64,000 nt of DNA from an uncultured Polynucleobacter sp. (GTDB lineage Bacteria > Bdellovibrionota_B > Oligoflexia > Oligoflexales > RGVZ01). The notes beneath the pieces were generated by a model that saw only the letters and a program-made list of their open reading frames with translations, had not been told where the DNA came from and did not search any database. Where the stretch lies: contig CAYOEM010000003.1 of the NCBI GenBank assembly GCA_964402975.1, positions 21,766-85,765 on the forward strand, given 5' to 3'. The position numbers and the translations under genes were made by a program. Positions 1-11,119 of this stretch are shown piece after piece (the stretch's first letter is position 1; every line of letters begins with the position of its first letter).

Positions 1-16
1 CCTAACTGATTTTTTG

Positions 17-44
17 GTCATTGGCCCGAAGGCGGGCCAATGAC
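17..44 (+). other. Perfect 11-bp stem-loop in the spacer just upstream of rpoC (presumed rpoB-rpoC junction)
   Basis: GTCATTGGCCC (17-27) and GGGCCAATGAC (34-44) are exact reverse complements around a 6-nt loop. TAA at 3-5 fits the end of an upstream ORF that is not visible here. The T-run lies 5' of the stem, not 3', so this is not a canonical intrinsic terminator. Confidence 0.5.
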
Positions 45-103
45 ATCGATGTGTTAGATTTGTGCCGTGATCTAAATCCAAGACCTGAAAAGGGGAGTCC
101 ATC

Positions 104-3100
104 GTGAAGGATTTGATTAATTTCTACGACAAACCAAATGATCCTCTAAATTTTAGCGCGATCAAGATTTCGCTTGCGTCTCCAGAGAAGATTCGTAGCT
201 GGTCTTTCGGCGAAGTGAAGAAACCGGAGACAATCAACTATAGAACGTTCAAGCCTGAGCGTGACGGCCTGTTCTGCGCGAAGATTTTTGGTCCGGTTCG
301 TGATTTCGAGTGTATCTGCGGCAAGTATAAGCGCATGAAGCACCGCGGCATCGTTTGCGATAAGTGTGGTGTTGAAGTTATTCACTCGAAGGTACGTCGT
401 GAGCGATTGGGTCACATCAACCTTGCGACTCCAGTGGCTCATATTTGGTTTTTGAAGTCACTGCCTTCGCGCATTGGTGCGATTCTCGATATCCCTTTAA
501 AGGACGTCGAAAGGATTCTTTACAGCGAGTCTTACGTTCTTCTTGAGGCGTCCGAAGAGATTCTCAAGGACAAGGAGCTCAAGAAGGAAATCGGAAGTGT
601 CATCACGGAAGACGAACTTGACGAGATGCTCAAGAAGTATGGCAACAACACCTTCCGCTACGGTGTTGGCGCTGAAGCTCTGCAAGAGCTCTTGGGTAAC
701 CTGCGCGTAGAAGAACTTGCGGATGTGCTTCGCGCGGAGTTGGAAGAAACGACGTCTGAAGCTGGCAAGAAAAAACTTCAAAAAAGACTGAAAGTTGTCG
801 AGGCGTTCAACCAGCTTGACGAGAACGGCGACTTTTATGCTAAGCCGCAGTGGATGATGCTGAACGTTATTCCAGTTCTGCCGCCTGACCTGCGCCCGCT
901 AGTTCCGTTAGATGGTGGTCGATTTGCAACATCAGACTTGAATGACCTCTATCGCCGAGTCATTAACCGTAACAATCGCTTGCTACGTCTTCAGGAGCTA
1001 AACGCGCCTGAGATCATCGTGCGCAACGAAAAACGCATGCTTCAAGAGTCCGTTGATGCTCTGTTTGATAACGGGCGTCGCGGCAAGGTCTTCACTGGTC
1101 CGAACAAGCGTCCCCTGCGGTCTTTATCGGACATGCTTAAAGGTAAGCAAGGTCGTTTCCGTCAAAACCTCTTGGGTAAACGCGTAGACTACTCCGGTCG
1201 TTCCGTAATCGTCGTTGGTCCAGATCTTCGTCTTCATCAGTGCGGTTTGCCAAAGAAAATGGCAATCGAGCTGTTTAAGCCATTCCTGTACAACAAGCTT
1301 GAAGAGCACGGTATCGTCTCGACCATCAAGTCGGCTAAGAAACTGGTAGAAAAAGAGCGTCCTGAGGTTTGGGATTGTCTTGAGGAAGTTTCAAAAGAGC
1401 ACCCAGTCCTTCTAAACCGCGCTCCAACCCTTCACCGTTTAGGTATTCAGGCATTCGAGCCGGTTCTCATCGAGGGTAAGGCGATTCAGCTTCACCCGCT
1501 AGTTTGTTTCGCGTTTAACGCGGACTTCGACGGTGACCAGATGGCGGTTCACGTTCCTCTATCTGTAGAGTCACAGATGGAAGCGCGTGTTCTTATGATG
1601 TCCTCAAATAACATTCTTTCGCCAGCGTCTGGTACGCCGGTGATCGTGCCGACACAGGATATAGTACTTGGTATTTACTACATGACCAAAGATGATATCG
1701 GTGCGCAAGGTGCGGGCAAGGTGTTTGGTTCGATCGAGGAAGTCCGTGCCGCTTACGATCACGATCAAGTCGACCTACAGGCACCAATTACGGTCCGAAT
1801 CGATGGCAAGCGTTGGGAAACAACAGTTGGTCGGGTGATTTTAAGAGAAGTTCTGCCTGAAGGTTTGGACTTTGCTCTGATCAACAAGACGTTGGGCAAA
1901 AAAGATCTTGGCAAGCTTGTTGATGATGCATTCCATAAGTGCGGTCCGAAGGCCACAGTGCTTCTCGCGGACAAGCTGCGTAGCATGGGTTACCGTTATT
2001 CGACGAAAGCCGGTCTATCGATTTCGATCGGGGACATGGTCGTTGCTCCTGGCAAGCAGAAGATGCTTGAGAAGGCGTATGAGGAAGTTAAGAAGATTAA
2101 GGAGCAGTACTCCGAAGGTCTCTTGTCGGATGGTGAGCGTTACAACAAAGTAATCGATATCTGGGCAAAAGTTACAGATAATATCGCGGACGAGATGTTC
2201 AACAACATCAAGTTTATGAAACGCGATGATCACAAAGGGCAGACTCAAACGGTCGCGTCGAACAACTCGATCTACATGATGGCTGACTCTGGAGCTAGGG
2301 GATCTGCTCAGCAGATTCGTCAGTTGGCTGGTATGCGTGGTTTGATGTCAAAACCAAGCGGTGACATCATTGAAACTCCGATCACATCCAACTTCCGCGA
2401 AGGTTTGACGGTTCTTGAGTACTTCACATCGACCCACGGTGCGCGTAAAGGTCTAGCAGATACAGCTCTTAAAACAGCGTCATCTGGATACTTGACTCGC
2501 CGTCTAGTCGACGTTGCACAAGACTCGATCGTGTCCGAGCTTGACTGCGGAACCAAAGAAGGTATCCCAATGGGCCACCTTCGTGAGGGCGCTGAGATTA
2601 AAGAAAAACTTAGTGAGCGTGTACTTGGTCGTGTAGCTCTTGAAGACGTGACAGATCCTGTCAATGGCAAGGTGTTGCTAAAAGCTGGGGACCTCTTTAC
2701 AGAGGATCTATGCAAAGCCGTTGACGCAGCCGGCGTAGAACAAGTCATGATTAGGTCTGTATTGACCTGTCAGTCTGTCCGCGGAAACTGTGCTAAGTGC
2801 TACGGCCGTGACTTGGCAACGGGCAAGATGGTAAACGTTGGTGAAGCTGTCGGTGTTATTGCCGCGCAGTCGATCGGTGAGCCTGGAACCCAGCTGACCA
2901 TGCGTACGTTCCACTTCGGCGGTACGTTCTCCGGTAAAATGGCCCAGAATAAAATCGAGGCTAAATTCTCCGGTAAAATTAAGTTTGAGAATATTCGCGC
3001 AGTGACAAACCGAGATGGTGAGACAATGGTCGTCAGCCGTAATGGTGAGGTTGCCGTTGTGGATGATCACGGTAAGATCAAAGAGACATATCCGGTCAAC

Positions 3101-4234
3101 TTTGGATCGTTCATCAAAGTTAAAGATGGTCAAACGATTCCGGCGGGTCAGGTCATCACAGAATGGGATCCGTTCTCGGTGCCGATTATCTCGGAAGTCG
3201 CTGGTGCAGCTAAGTACAAGGACCTGATCGATGGCCAGTCCATGGAGCAAAAACTCGATGAGCAGACCTTTATCAGTCGTAAGACAGTTATTGAGTCCAA
3301 GGGCTCTGCGCACAAGCCAGCTATCGAAGTCGCTGGTAAACGCTACGCGCTTCCAGTTGGTGCGACGATTAACATCGAAGACGGCGCGGACATTAAGCCA
3401 GGTGACGTTTTAGCTAAGATTCCTCGTGAGGCGCAAAAGACGAAGGACATTACTGGTGGTTTGCCAAGGGTTGCGGAATTGTTTGAAGCGCGTAAGCCAA
3501 AAGAAATGTCAATTATGGCCGACCGTGACGGAACGATCTCCTTTGGTGCTGACACCAAAGGTAAGCGTAAGGTTGTTCTGACCGATGACAATGGCGAACA
3601 AAAAGAGTTTTCGATCTCCAAAGGCAAGCACGTGATCGTCACTGAAGGTGACTACGTTCGCAAAGGTGATCCGCTTGTGGATGGTTCGCCGAACCCACAT
3701 GAGATTCTTGAAGTGCTTGGACGTGTTGCGCTGTCTCGCTTCCTAGTCGATGAGGTTTTGGATGTGTACCGTCTGCAAGGTGTAAAAATTAACACCAAGC
3801 ACATTGAAGTCATCGTTCGACAGATGCTTCGCCGCGTCAAGATTACTGAGGCTGGCGATGCGCGTGGGTTCTTACCAGGCGAACAGGTGGATTTGGGTAT
3901 TGTGGAAGAGGCGAATGCTAAGCTTGTGGCGGAAGGAAAGCGTCCTGCCAAGTTCGAGCCGCTGCTATTGGGTATTACGCGAGCCAGCTTGTCTACAGAT
4001 AGCTTTATCTCTGCGGCATCCTTCCAGGAAACGACGAAGGTCCTCACAGAGGCTAGCATTAACAGTCGGGTCGATAAGTTGCATGGTCTGAAAGAAAACG
4101 TCATCATGGGTCGTCTTATTCCTGCAGGAACAGGTGCTGCAGCTTACCGTGGTCTAAAGGCTATGGTTGCTGGGTCTAAGGGAGTGGTTGCAGGCGACGC
4201 TGGTGAAGTTGCTGGTGAGGCCGTTGCAAGGTAA
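104..4234 (+). CDS. rpoC: DNA-directed RNA polymerase subunit beta'
   Basis: 1376-aa ORF with a GTG start preceded by AAAGGGGAG. The translation has beta' hallmarks: a zinc-binding CxC...CxxC block near the N-terminus, the catalytic NADFDGDQM motif, and trigger-loop/bridge-helix regions. Confidence 0.98.
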   Translation: MKDLINFYDKPNDPLNFSAIKISLASPEKIRSWSFGEVKKPETINYRTFKPERDGLFCAKIFGPVRDFECICGKYKRMKHRGIVCDKCGVEVIHSKVRRERLGHINLATPVAHIWFLKSLPSRIGAILDIPLKDVERILYSESYVLLEASEEILKDKELKKEIGSVITEDELDEMLKKYGNNTFRYGVGAEALQELLGNLRVEELADVLRAELEETTSEAGKKKLQKRLKVVEAFNQLDENGDFYAKPQWMMLNVIPVLPPDLRPLVPLDGGRFATSDLNDLYRRVINRNNRLLRLQELNAPEIIVRNEKRMLQESVDALFDNGRRGKVFTGPNKRPLRSLSDMLKGKQGRFRQNLLGKRVDYSGRSVIVVGPDLRLHQCGLPKKMAIELFKPFLYNKLEEHGIVSTIKSAKKLVEKERPEVWDCLEEVSKEHPVLLNRAPTLHRLGIQAFEPVLIEGKAIQLHPLVCFAFNADFDGDQMAVHVPLSVESQMEARVLMMSSNNILSPASGTPVIVPTQDIVLGIYYMTKDDIGAQGAGKVFGSIEEVRAAYDHDQVDLQAPITVRIDGKRWETTVGRVILREVLPEGLDFALINKTLGKKDLGKLVDDAFHKCGPKATVLLADKLRSMGYRYSTKAGLSISIGDMVVAPGKQKMLEKAYEEVKKIKEQYSEGLLSDGERYNKVIDIWAKVTDNIADEMFNNIKFMKRDDHKGQTQTVASNNSIYMMADSGARGSAQQIRQLAGMRGLMSKPSGDIIETPITSNFREGLTVLEYFTSTHGARKGLADTALKTASSGYLTRRLVDVAQDSIVSELDCGTKEGIPMGHLREGAEIKEKLSERVLGRVALEDVTDPVNGKVLLKAGDLFTEDLCKAVDAAGVEQVMIRSVLTCQSVRGNCAKCYGRDLATGKMVNVGEAVGVIAAQSIGEPGTQLTMRTFHFGGTFSGKMAQNKIEAKFSGKIKFENIRAVTNRDGETMVVSRNGEVAVVDDHGKIKETYPVNFGSFIKVKDGQTIPAGQVITEWDPFSVPIISEVAGAAKYKDLIDGQSMEQKLDEQTFISRKTVIESKGSAHKPAIEVAGKRYALPVGATINIEDGADIKPGDVLAKIPREAQKTKDITGGLPRVAELFEARKPKEMSIMADRDGTISFGADTKGKRKVVLTDDNGEQKEFSISKGKHVIVTEGDYVRKGDPLVDGSPNPHEILEVLGRVALSRFLVDEVLDVYRLQGVKINTKHIEVIVRQMLRRVKITEAGDARGFLPGEQVDLGIVEEANAKLVAEGKRPAKFEPLLLGITRASLSTDSFISAASFQETTKVLTEASINSRVDKLHGLKENVIMGRLIPAGTGAAAYRGLKAMVAGSKGVVAGDAGEVAGEAVAR

Positions 4235-4386
4235 TGAAATTAGGGCCTTATTTGGGGTTGGGTGGCCGTACTTTTCTCGGAGATCGGGGCTTTTAGGGGT
4301 CTGCGGTTAACGTGAAAAATAAGTTGCAGTAAAGTCGCCCGTTTGCTAATTGTAGCGTCCGTTTTTGACATTTAAGAGGAATATTA

Positions 4387-4776
4387 ATGCCGACCATTAA
4401 TCAACTGATCAGCAAGGGCCGTACGAAGGTGACTTACAAGTCAAAATCGCCGGCTTTGAACAACAATCCGTTCCGTCGCGGTGTGTGCACACGTGTGTAC
4501 ACAACAACACCAAAGAAACCAAACTCGGCTCTCCGTAAGGTCGCGCGTGTTCGCTTGACCAATGGCATCGAAGTTTCCAGTTACATTGGTGGTATGGGCC
4601 ACAACTTACAGGAACACTCCGTGGTTCTTGTTCGCGGTGGTCGTGTGAAGGATCTTCCAGGTGTGAGATATCACACAATCCGTGGCGCTTTCGATTGTCA
4701 GGGCGTTGCCAACAGGAAGAAGGGTCGTTCAAAATACGGAACGAAGAAGCCTAAAGCCGGCGCTGCCGGTAAGTAA
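4387..4776 (+). CDS. rpsL: 30S ribosomal protein S12
   Basis: MPTINQLI...[19 protein letters not shown]...[13 protein letters not shown] is the canonical S12 sequence. AAGAGGA Shine-Dalgarno lies upstream. Confidence 0.98.
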   Translation: MPTINQLISKGRTKVTYKSKSPALNNNPFRRGVCTRVYTTTPKKPNSALRKVARVRLTNGIEVSSYIGGMGHNLQEHSVVLVRGGRVKDLPGVRYHTIRGAFDCQGVANRKKGRSKYGTKKPKAGAAGK

Positions 4777-4795
4777 TTTTTAAGGAGTAAACAAA

Positions 4796-5284
4796 ATGGC
4801 TCGTCGCCACGTAGTTGCAAAACGACAAGTGTTACCTGATCCAAAGTTCAAGGATCCGGTCGTAACTAAGTTTATGAACTGTATGATGATCAACGGTAAG
4901 AAGTCGGCTTCAGAGAAGGCTTTCTACGGTGCGATCGACATTATTGAAAGCAAAGGTGCTCAAGGTCTTGGTACATTTAAGAATGGGATCGAGCTATTCC
5001 ATGCCGCCTTGGAAAACACCCGTCCTTTACTTGAGGTTAAAAGTCGCAGGGTTGGTGGTTCTAACTACCAAGTTCCTGTAGAGGTACGCCCTGAGCGTCG
5101 TCAGGCGCTTGCAATTCGCTGGTTGATTGAGTTTTCTCGTGAACGAGCTGGTCGTTCCATGCGTGAGAAGTTGGCTGCTGAGCTGGTTGATGCGGCGAAT
5201 AAGCGTGGCGGAGCTATCAAGCGTCGTGAAGATGTTCACAAGATGGCAGAAGCCAATAAGGCGTTCGCCCACTTCCGCTGGTAA
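4796..5284 (+). CDS. rpsG: 30S ribosomal protein S7
   Basis: MARRHV..KR.VLPDPKF... and the C-terminal ...[13 protein letters not shown] are typical of S7. It follows rpsL by 19 nt. Confidence 0.98.
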   Translation: MARRHVVAKRQVLPDPKFKDPVVTKFMNCMMINGKKSASEKAFYGAIDIIESKGAQGLGTFKNGIELFHAALENTRPLLEVKSRRVGGSNYQVPVEVRPERRQALAIRWLIEFSRERAGRSMREKLAAELVDAANKRGGAIKRREDVHKMAEANKAFAHFRW

Positions 5285-5314
5285 GACCTCTACGTTATGT
5301 ATGAATAGACAATG

Positions 5315-5349
5315 GGGATTGAGTCGAAAGATTCAATCCCTATTTTGTT
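5315..5349 (+). terminator. Intrinsic terminator/attenuator-like hairpin between rpsG and fusA
   Basis: GGGATTGAGTC-GAAA-GATTCAATCCC forms an 11-bp stem (one G-U pair) with a GAAA tetraloop, followed by TATTTTGTT. A second 6-bp hairpin, GTTAGC-TTTTT-GCTAAC, lies at 5347-5363. Confidence 0.5.
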
Positions 5350-5397
5350 AGCTTTTTGCTAACCTCTCCGCTCCAAAAGTTATGAGGACGTCTTGCA

Positions 5398-7476
5398 ATG
5401 AGTGCAAAGCCAATTGATTTAAAAATGCTGCGTAACATTGGCATTATGGCGCATATTGACGCCGGCAAAACCACGACTACGGAGCGTATTTTATTTTACA
5501 CAGGTAAAATTCACCGGGTCGGCGAGGTCCACGAGGGGAACACAACGACAGACTGGATGATTCAGGAGCAGGAGCGGGGGATTACCATCACGGCGGCTGC
5601 CGTAACGTCGTTCTGGAAAAATCATCAAATCAACATCATCGATACCCCGGGCCACGTGGATTTCACGATTGAAGTCGAACGTTCACTTAGAGTGCTCGAC
5701 GGGGCTGTAGCTGTTTTTGATGGTGTGAGTGGCGTTGAACCTCAGTCCGAGACTGTTTGGCGACAAGCTAACAAATACAAGGTCCCCAGAATATGTTTCG
5801 TTAACAAGATGGACCGCGTTGGTGCTAATTTTGAATCGTCAGTTGAGTCCATTCGTGAGCGTCTAGCGGCTAATCCCGTGCCATTTCAACTTCCAATTGG
5901 ATCGGAAGATCAGTTCGCGGGGGTTATTGACCTCATCCGCATGAAGGCTCTTGTGTGGGGTGTGGGTGATACTAAGGGCGACAAATGGGATGAGATAGAT
6001 GTGCCGGAGAATCTGAAGGATGACGCTCTTCTTGCGCGCGAATTTTTAATCGAACAGGTGGCTAACTCTGACGACGTTCTTGCCGAAAAATATCTTTCTG
6101 GCGACGCGATATCAGAGTCAGATCTCAAGGCCGCGGCGAGACGCGGGGCGATTGATTTTAAGTTTGTTCCGGTATTTTGCGGTAGTGCTTTTAAGAATAA
6201 AGGCGTTCAGCCTCTGCTGGATGCTGTGCTTGATTATCTGCCGTCGCCATTGGATCTGCCTGCTGTTGAAGGTATGGCGGTAGACGATGAAGACAAGAAG
6301 CTTATTCGTAAACGTACGCCAGATGATCACTTTTCTGGTCTGGCTTTTAAGATCATGAGTGATCCCTTCGTTGGGCAATTGACGTATGTGAGAATTTATT
6401 CTGGGAAAATTTCGGTGGGAGAAGTCGTTCTTAACACTAGGACCGATAAAAAGGAGCGGATAGCGAAAATCTTACGTATGCAGGCCAACGATCGTGAGGA
6501 ACTAGAAACTGCCGCCGCCGGAGAGATTGTTGCCATAGCTGGATTTAAGGGGATAGCGACCGGTGATACCGTCTGTGATCATCGACATCCTATTCGTTAT
6601 GAGAGTGTTGTATTCCCTGAGCCCGTGATCTCAATAGCCATTGAAGCCAAGAGCTCTGCGGATACGGACAAGCTTCAGAAATCACTTGAGCGCTTACAAA
6701 ATGAGGATCCATCATTCCGGGTGAGTTTTAATCCTGAGACTGGTCAGACGTTGTTGTCAGGAATGGGTGAATTACATCTAGAGATTATTGTCGACAGGCT
6801 CTTAAGGGAGTTTAAAGTTGATTGTAACGTGGGTAATCCTCAGGTGAGTTACCGGGAGACGATATCTGGTGAGGGTAAAGTTGAGGAGACGCATCGCAGA
6901 GAAGGTGCTGGTGTTAATCAGTTCGCTTACGTTGCTTTAGAGTTTGGTCCGGGGCCGAAAGAGGGTGGGCTACAGTTTGAGAATAAGGTTAAGGAAGCGA
7001 AACTACCTAAACAGTATGTTGATCAGGTCAAGAAAGGTCTGGAAGAGGCTCTTTTGGCCGGCCCGATCGCCGGATTTCCAATGGTCGGCGTCAAGGCGCG
7101 GCTCGTAGATGGAAAATTTGACCCCGCCATACCAGATCCAAATGCGTTCAAAGTTGCAGCCGGTATGGGTCTCAGACGCGGTCTGCGCGAGGCGGGACCA
7201 CTTCTGCTGGAGCCGGTTATGGCGCTCGAGGTTCTTGTTCCGGAAGATTACCTGTCAAACGTCATGACCGATTTGAATAGTCGCCGGGCTCAGGTCAATA
7301 ATGTCACCATGAAGGGGCATTTGCAGTGTGTTGAGGCCACAGCCGCACTGTCTGAGATGTTTGGGTACTCAACTCAGTTGAGATCTATCAGTCAGGGGCG
7401 AGCGACATTTACAATGCGTTTTGCGAGCTACGAACAGGTATCTTCGCAAACGTTGCGACGTATTACGGGTCAATGA
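5398..7476 (+). CDS. fusA: Elongation factor G
   Basis: 692 aa. GTPase motifs [17 protein letters not shown] and NKMD are present, and EF-G domains II-V are recognisable. The position after rpsL-rpsG fits fusA. Confidence 0.95.
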   Translation: MSAKPIDLKMLRNIGIMAHIDAGKTTTTERILFYTGKIHRVGEVHEGNTTTDWMIQEQERGITITAAAVTSFWKNHQINIIDTPGHVDFTIEVERSLRVLDGAVAVFDGVSGVEPQSETVWRQANKYKVPRICFVNKMDRVGANFESSVESIRERLAANPVPFQLPIGSEDQFAGVIDLIRMKALVWGVGDTKGDKWDEIDVPENLKDDALLAREFLIEQVANSDDVLAEKYLSGDAISESDLKAAARRGAIDFKFVPVFCGSAFKNKGVQPLLDAVLDYLPSPLDLPAVEGMAVDDEDKKLIRKRTPDDHFSGLAFKIMSDPFVGQLTYVRIYSGKISVGEVVLNTRTDKKERIAKILRMQANDREELETAAAGEIVAIAGFKGIATGDTVCDHRHPIRYESVVFPEPVISIAIEAKSSADTDKLQKSLERLQNEDPSFRVSFNPETGQTLLSGMGELHLEIIVDRLLREFKVDCNVGNPQVSYRETISGEGKVEETHRREGAGVNQFAYVALEFGPGPKEGGLQFENKVKEAKLPKQYVDQVKKGLEEALLAGPIAGFPMVGVKARLVDGKFDPAIPDPNAFKVAAGMGLRRGLREAGPLLLEPVMALEVLVPEDYLSNVMTDLNSRRAQVNNVTMKGHLQCVEATAALSEMFGYSTQLRSISQGRATFTMRFASYEQVSSQTLRRITGQ

Positions 7477-7517
7477 TCGAGTTTGTTCGGGCAGCTCCTT
7501 TAAAGAGGGATGCATCT

Positions 7518-8498
7518 CTAAAAGCTATAACCAAGTAGCCCGCTGATTCCCCCAGTATGCACAATGAGGATGCGGCCTTTGAGGTTTTGTCCTTTGATCA
7601 GATCGAAAGCCCTTGCAAATAATTTGGCGCTATAAACGGGATCTGTGAGAATGCCCTGCTCTCGAGCCATGGACTTTATGAAATTAAACAGCTCGGTACT
7701 TGTGGCGCCGTAAGATCTTGGACTTAAAGGTCTATAGACTCTGACCGAAGATGACACGTAATCCCAGGTCACGCCCGTGACCGGCGTGACCCAGCTACGA
7801 AAGGCATATTGTATCTGCTCGTCAAAGCCAGCCATCTGGATGACGTGCAGCTTTATCGATTTAGCCGCGGCTGTTTCTGCCGCAAATAAGCCGGCAGCAA
7901 GACACGCAGCACTGAGACCTGTTCCTGAATCAATGAAAATATGCGCGGGCACACCTCCGTTCGGCCATTCAAGTCTTGGCCTCAGGACGTCGTTGGCAAG
8001 GGTTAGTCCGCCTTTTACAGCCGCTTGGCAACCGCCACCTTCTTCTAAGATGAGGACCTTTGCTCCGCTAAGCTCGTAAGTTCTTGCCATCTCCTGCATA
8101 CGTGCCGAGATGGATTTTTTATCGTTTCGCTGAACAATAATCAGTCGCTCCGGTGGAATGGCTGTTCGGATAATTAAACGGTTACCGCGTGGGGCCTGCG
8201 AGTCGTCTGCATGATCGTCCACGGCAAATGCAGTGACAATGATCCCAGCCTCTCGGCAAAGTACGGCCGCCGCCGCAATGCTGTTACTGTTAATTCCCCC
8301 AGTGCAAATGACATGAGTGATGGATTCTGCGAGGCAATATTCAATGATGGATGAAAATTTTCGGTACTTAGTACCCCAGAATCCGCCGAGCTCATCATCT
8401 CTTAGGGTCCAAATACTTCTGTCTGAGGAGTTTGAGATCCCAAGAGGCCCACTTGCTTGGAGTTGTGTTAGGCGTGACTGAAGTTCAAAATGAATCAT
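7518..8498 (-). CDS. PLP-dependent enzyme of the ACC deaminase / D-cysteine desulfhydrase family
   Basis: LRDDELGGFWGTKYRK (Lys-containing motif resembling RDDL..GNKxRK), TGGINSNS and a C-terminal HTGG block. The start overlaps the upstream gene's stop (TAATG). Confidence 0.8.
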   Translation of the reverse strand: MIHFELQSRLTQLQASGPLGISNSSDRSIWTLRDDELGGFWGTKYRKFSSIIEYCLAESITHVICTGGINSNSIAAAAVLCREAGIIVTAFAVDDHADDSQAPRGNRLIIRTAIPPERLIIVQRNDKKSISARMQEMARTYELSGAKVLILEEGGGCQAAVKGGLTLANDVLRPRLEWPNGGVPAHIFIDSGTGLSAACLAAGLFAAETAAAKSIKLHVIQMAGFDEQIQYAFRSWVTPVTGVTWDYVSSSVRVYRPLSPRSYGATSTELFNFIKSMAREQGILTDPVYSAKLFARAFDLIKGQNLKGRILIVHTGGISGLLGYSF

Positions 8499-9505
8499 TA
8501 CTGGGCGCGTGAGACGTCTATTTTGAAAATCCCACCCTCTTTCCGGCCTCGAAGGCTTGATGAATTGCGTGACAGTTCGTACGCATAGCCCGTTAAAAAT
8601 CGGTAACGAAGTCCTTGCTGCTTTCCAAAAGCCATTTCGAAGTACCCGGTTTTTGTTTTTGTTAGCGTCACAGATGAAGCCAGTCCCGATTTATTGATGT
8701 CATATTCAAACTTGAAGGCATACGCACTTGCCTCGCCTTGATATCCAACCTCAGCGGCTGAGCCTGACGTTAACTCATGAAGACCTGCGCTAATCAACTC
8801 CGATTCTTTCACCTTTAACTTTGTGCCTATGAATAGTTTCTCGCCCACCGCCAAGCGGATGGGTAATGTCAAATCAGTCTCTAGCAGGTCAGATTTATTC
8901 GTGATGCTATACTCTAGACCAGCGTGTACCGGATGATTGAGAAGCTGTAGCCCAAAGATCTTTTTGTTGTACTCTGTGGACTGAGACGTGTCGGGAGATG
9001 TAGTGCCGGACTGCACATAGTCACGTTTTTCTGGTACCCACTCAGTTCGCATACCAACCCATAGCCAATTTTTTGGCTTTATGGATATAGTCCCTGAAAT
9101 TGGAGTCGCGCCGCCATCATCAAGATATAGATCGGCCTGAGAACGAGGAATTGCCGGTGAATAATAGTCCGTGTTTTTTGTGTCAGCTTCGAGCTCAACT
9201 CCAAACCCCAGGGAAATACGGCCGTTTTGGATCAAAGTATTATAATCCAAACCAAGCTTTGCATCTGCAGAGTATTCGGCAGCAAAAGCCTTAGCGCCAT
9301 CCCGTGTGAGCGTCGTTCTAGATTTAAACTCACTGTAATACAAATGAAAATCGAGAAGTGATGTCGTAAAAGGCTTATTTGGTGTAGCTTTCACGTCAAG
9401 TCCAAAAAGCCAAGTCGGATATTTAATGGTCTCGCTTTGTCCGAGTAGGGGGGTGGCGATCCAACACGCGATGATCAAAATAGTATGCTTTGTTTTTAAC
9501 GTCAT
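8498..9505 (-). CDS. Secreted / probable outer-membrane beta-barrel protein (paralog A)
   Basis: N-terminal signal peptide (MTLKTKHTILIIACWIATPLLGQS). The sequence has an alternating, Gly/Tyr-rich beta-strand character. Its C-terminal half is clearly similar to the next ORF. Confidence 0.6.
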   Translation of the reverse strand: MTLKTKHTILIIACWIATPLLGQSETIKYPTWLFGLDVKATPNKPFTTSLLDFHLYYSEFKSRTTLTRDGAKAFAAEYSADAKLGLDYNTLIQNGRISLGFGVELEADTKNTDYYSPAIPRSQADLYLDDGGATPISGTISIKPKNWLWVGMRTEWVPEKRDYVQSGTTSPDTSQSTEYNKKIFGLQLLNHPVHAGLEYSITNKSDLLETDLTLPIRLAVGEKLFIGTKLKVKESELISAGLHELTSGSAAEVGYQGEASAYAFKFEYDINKSGLASSVTLTKTKTGYFEMAFGKQQGLRYRFLTGYAYELSRNSSSLRGRKEGGIFKIDVSRAQ

Positions 9506-9578
9506 CTATTCATCCTCTTGTGTTAAATCTCTTTATGGATCTTGGTGCTATCCAGCAGTCAAAAGGCGCTCATCTTGG

Positions 9579-10790
9579 TCACTGGGCTATGGCAACCCTG
9601 AGTTGCAAAACTCCGCCTTCCTTCGTGGCGGCCGGTGCGCCGGTGTCTTTTTTCGTGTCGACAAGATAGCCAGTAGCAATCCCGAAGCGCATGCCGATTT
9701 GCGAGCCAAAATTCAAGACAACAGTCCCTGTTTTAGTTTTGACCGTAGTCACATTGGCTTCCGATCCAGATTTTTCTAGGTCGTACTCATATTGAAACAC
9801 AAATGCGTTTGCTGCGCCTTGAATGCCTGTTTCAAGTAGATGGTAAGTCTTACTCGACTTGCCTGAGGAGGAAAAGTCCTTGTCTGTTTCATGTCCAACG
9901 GAGCCTCCAATGAAAAATCGGTCTGTTAAAGCCAAACGCATCGGAACATCCCAGCGTGTTATCGTGTCATCCTTTTTATTTTGGATTGAGTATTCAAATC
10001 CGAAGTGAGCTGGATAGCCACGGTATTCAAGCCCCACCACTTGAGTGGAGTTTTCAGAGCGCAAGGTAGCTTTTTCTGTACCGGTGCTGCTCTTGGATTC
10101 GACTTTGATATAATCGCGCGCCCAACTGTTTTTCGCGCCGATCCAAATTCCGGGAGCAGCTTGAAGCGAGATGACTGCTCCAAGTTCTGGTATATCAGCG
10201 CCGGACTGATAGGTCGACTTGGCGGTGCTGTTTGATGTGATGACACTGGTTTCGTAGTCCGTGCGGCCCCTAACAAGAATTCCATCGACCTTAAAGAATA
10301 ATTTTTGCGATTTCATGATACTGCCATATGAAACCTTCGTGGCTAAAACTGTAGTTTTCACGTTGAGCTTCGTGCTAATTCCAGCGATCGAGGATTTGAG
10401 TCGCTGTTTGTCTTGCCCGTAGGCTACGTCAAACGATGCGAGAGAATTTTCAAATATTTCGGCGGGTGTCGCTGTTAGCTGTAGCCCATACAGCCAAGTC
10501 GGTGCAGCGTAATATCCCTTTTTAGCTGGATAAAGGTTATCCGTTGGCGTCTCAGAGGCGTTTTGGGCTTGTTCTGTGGTCGTGTCTGTGTCAGTGGCTG
10601 AAGCGTCAGGGGCTGGCGGCTTTTCCACGGCAGGCTTTTTGATTTTGGCTGGTATTTTATTTGGCTTAGAGGCGGCTTTTTTTTGTTTCAGATCGGCCGG
10701 ATTGGGTGAGGTGCTAGTGGTTTCAGTTTCGGCAAGAGACGTTGGGCTGACGAAAACAAGGATCATAAATATCAAGACCTGGTGGAGCAT
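9579..10790 (-). CDS. Secreted / probable outer-membrane beta-barrel protein (paralog B) with a low-complexity N-terminal linker
   Basis: Signal peptide, then a P/K/A/T-rich stretch, then a region alignable by eye with 8498-9505 (for example FVFQYEYDLEKSG...TKTGTVVLNFG vs FKFEYDINKSG...TKTGYFEMAFG; both end in ..AQ). Confidence 0.6.
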   Translation of the reverse strand: MLHQVLIFMILVFVSPTSLAETETTSTSPNPADLKQKKAASKPNKIPAKIKKPAVEKPPAPDASATDTDTTTEQAQNASETPTDNLYPAKKGYYAAPTWLYGLQLTATPAEIFENSLASFDVAYGQDKQRLKSSIAGISTKLNVKTTVLATKVSYGSIMKSQKLFFKVDGILVRGRTDYETSVITSNSTAKSTYQSGADIPELGAVISLQAAPGIWIGAKNSWARDYIKVESKSSTGTEKATLRSENSTQVVGLEYRGYPAHFGFEYSIQNKKDDTITRWDVPMRLALTDRFFIGGSVGHETDKDFSSSGKSSKTYHLLETGIQGAANAFVFQYEYDLEKSGSEANVTTVKTKTGTVVLNFGSQIGMRFGIATGYLVDTKKDTGAPAATKEGGVLQLRVAIAQ

Positions 10791-10952
10791 GCCGGTTCCT
10801 TTGCTTTAGAACATTACAAAACGAAAATTCGTTGATGCTTGTCCGGTATTATCGAAGTTTGACTATGTATTAGCAACTGTGAAAGCAACCCTGGGGTCAT
10901 AGAGGTCCAGAGGCCGACCAGTGATTTTAATGATGTGGTTTGGCAGACAGAA

Positions 10953-11029
10953 TGGTGCGGGTACGCTGACTCGAACAGCGGACCTCCACGATGTCAACGT
11001 GGCGCTCTAACCAACTGAGCTATACCCGC
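10953..11029 (-). tRNA. tRNA-Val (anticodon GAC)
   Basis: The reverse complement reads GCGGGTA-TA-GCTC-AGTTGGTTA-GAGC-G-CCACG-TTGACAT-CGTGG-AGGTC-CGCTG-TTCGAGT-CAGCG-TACCCGC-A-CCA. This is a perfect cloverleaf with an encoded CCA and anticodon loop TTGACAT. Confidence 0.93.
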
Positions 11030-11119
11030 AAACAGATAAGAGACGGTTTATAGACCGGGGGGGATGTATCTGTCAAGGAATGAAATAACGGCACTAGCAC
11101 AAAGAAAAAATGTTTTTTT

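Noticed and set aside
146-4107. Many antisense or out-of-frame ORFs inside rpoC, for example 2708-3313(-) 201 aa, 3652-4107(-) 151 aa and 2320-2748(-) 142 aa.
   Set aside because: They lie entirely within a highly conserved, unambiguous rpoC frame. Their translations are low-complexity R/S/T-rich with no motifs. These are typical shadow ORFs.
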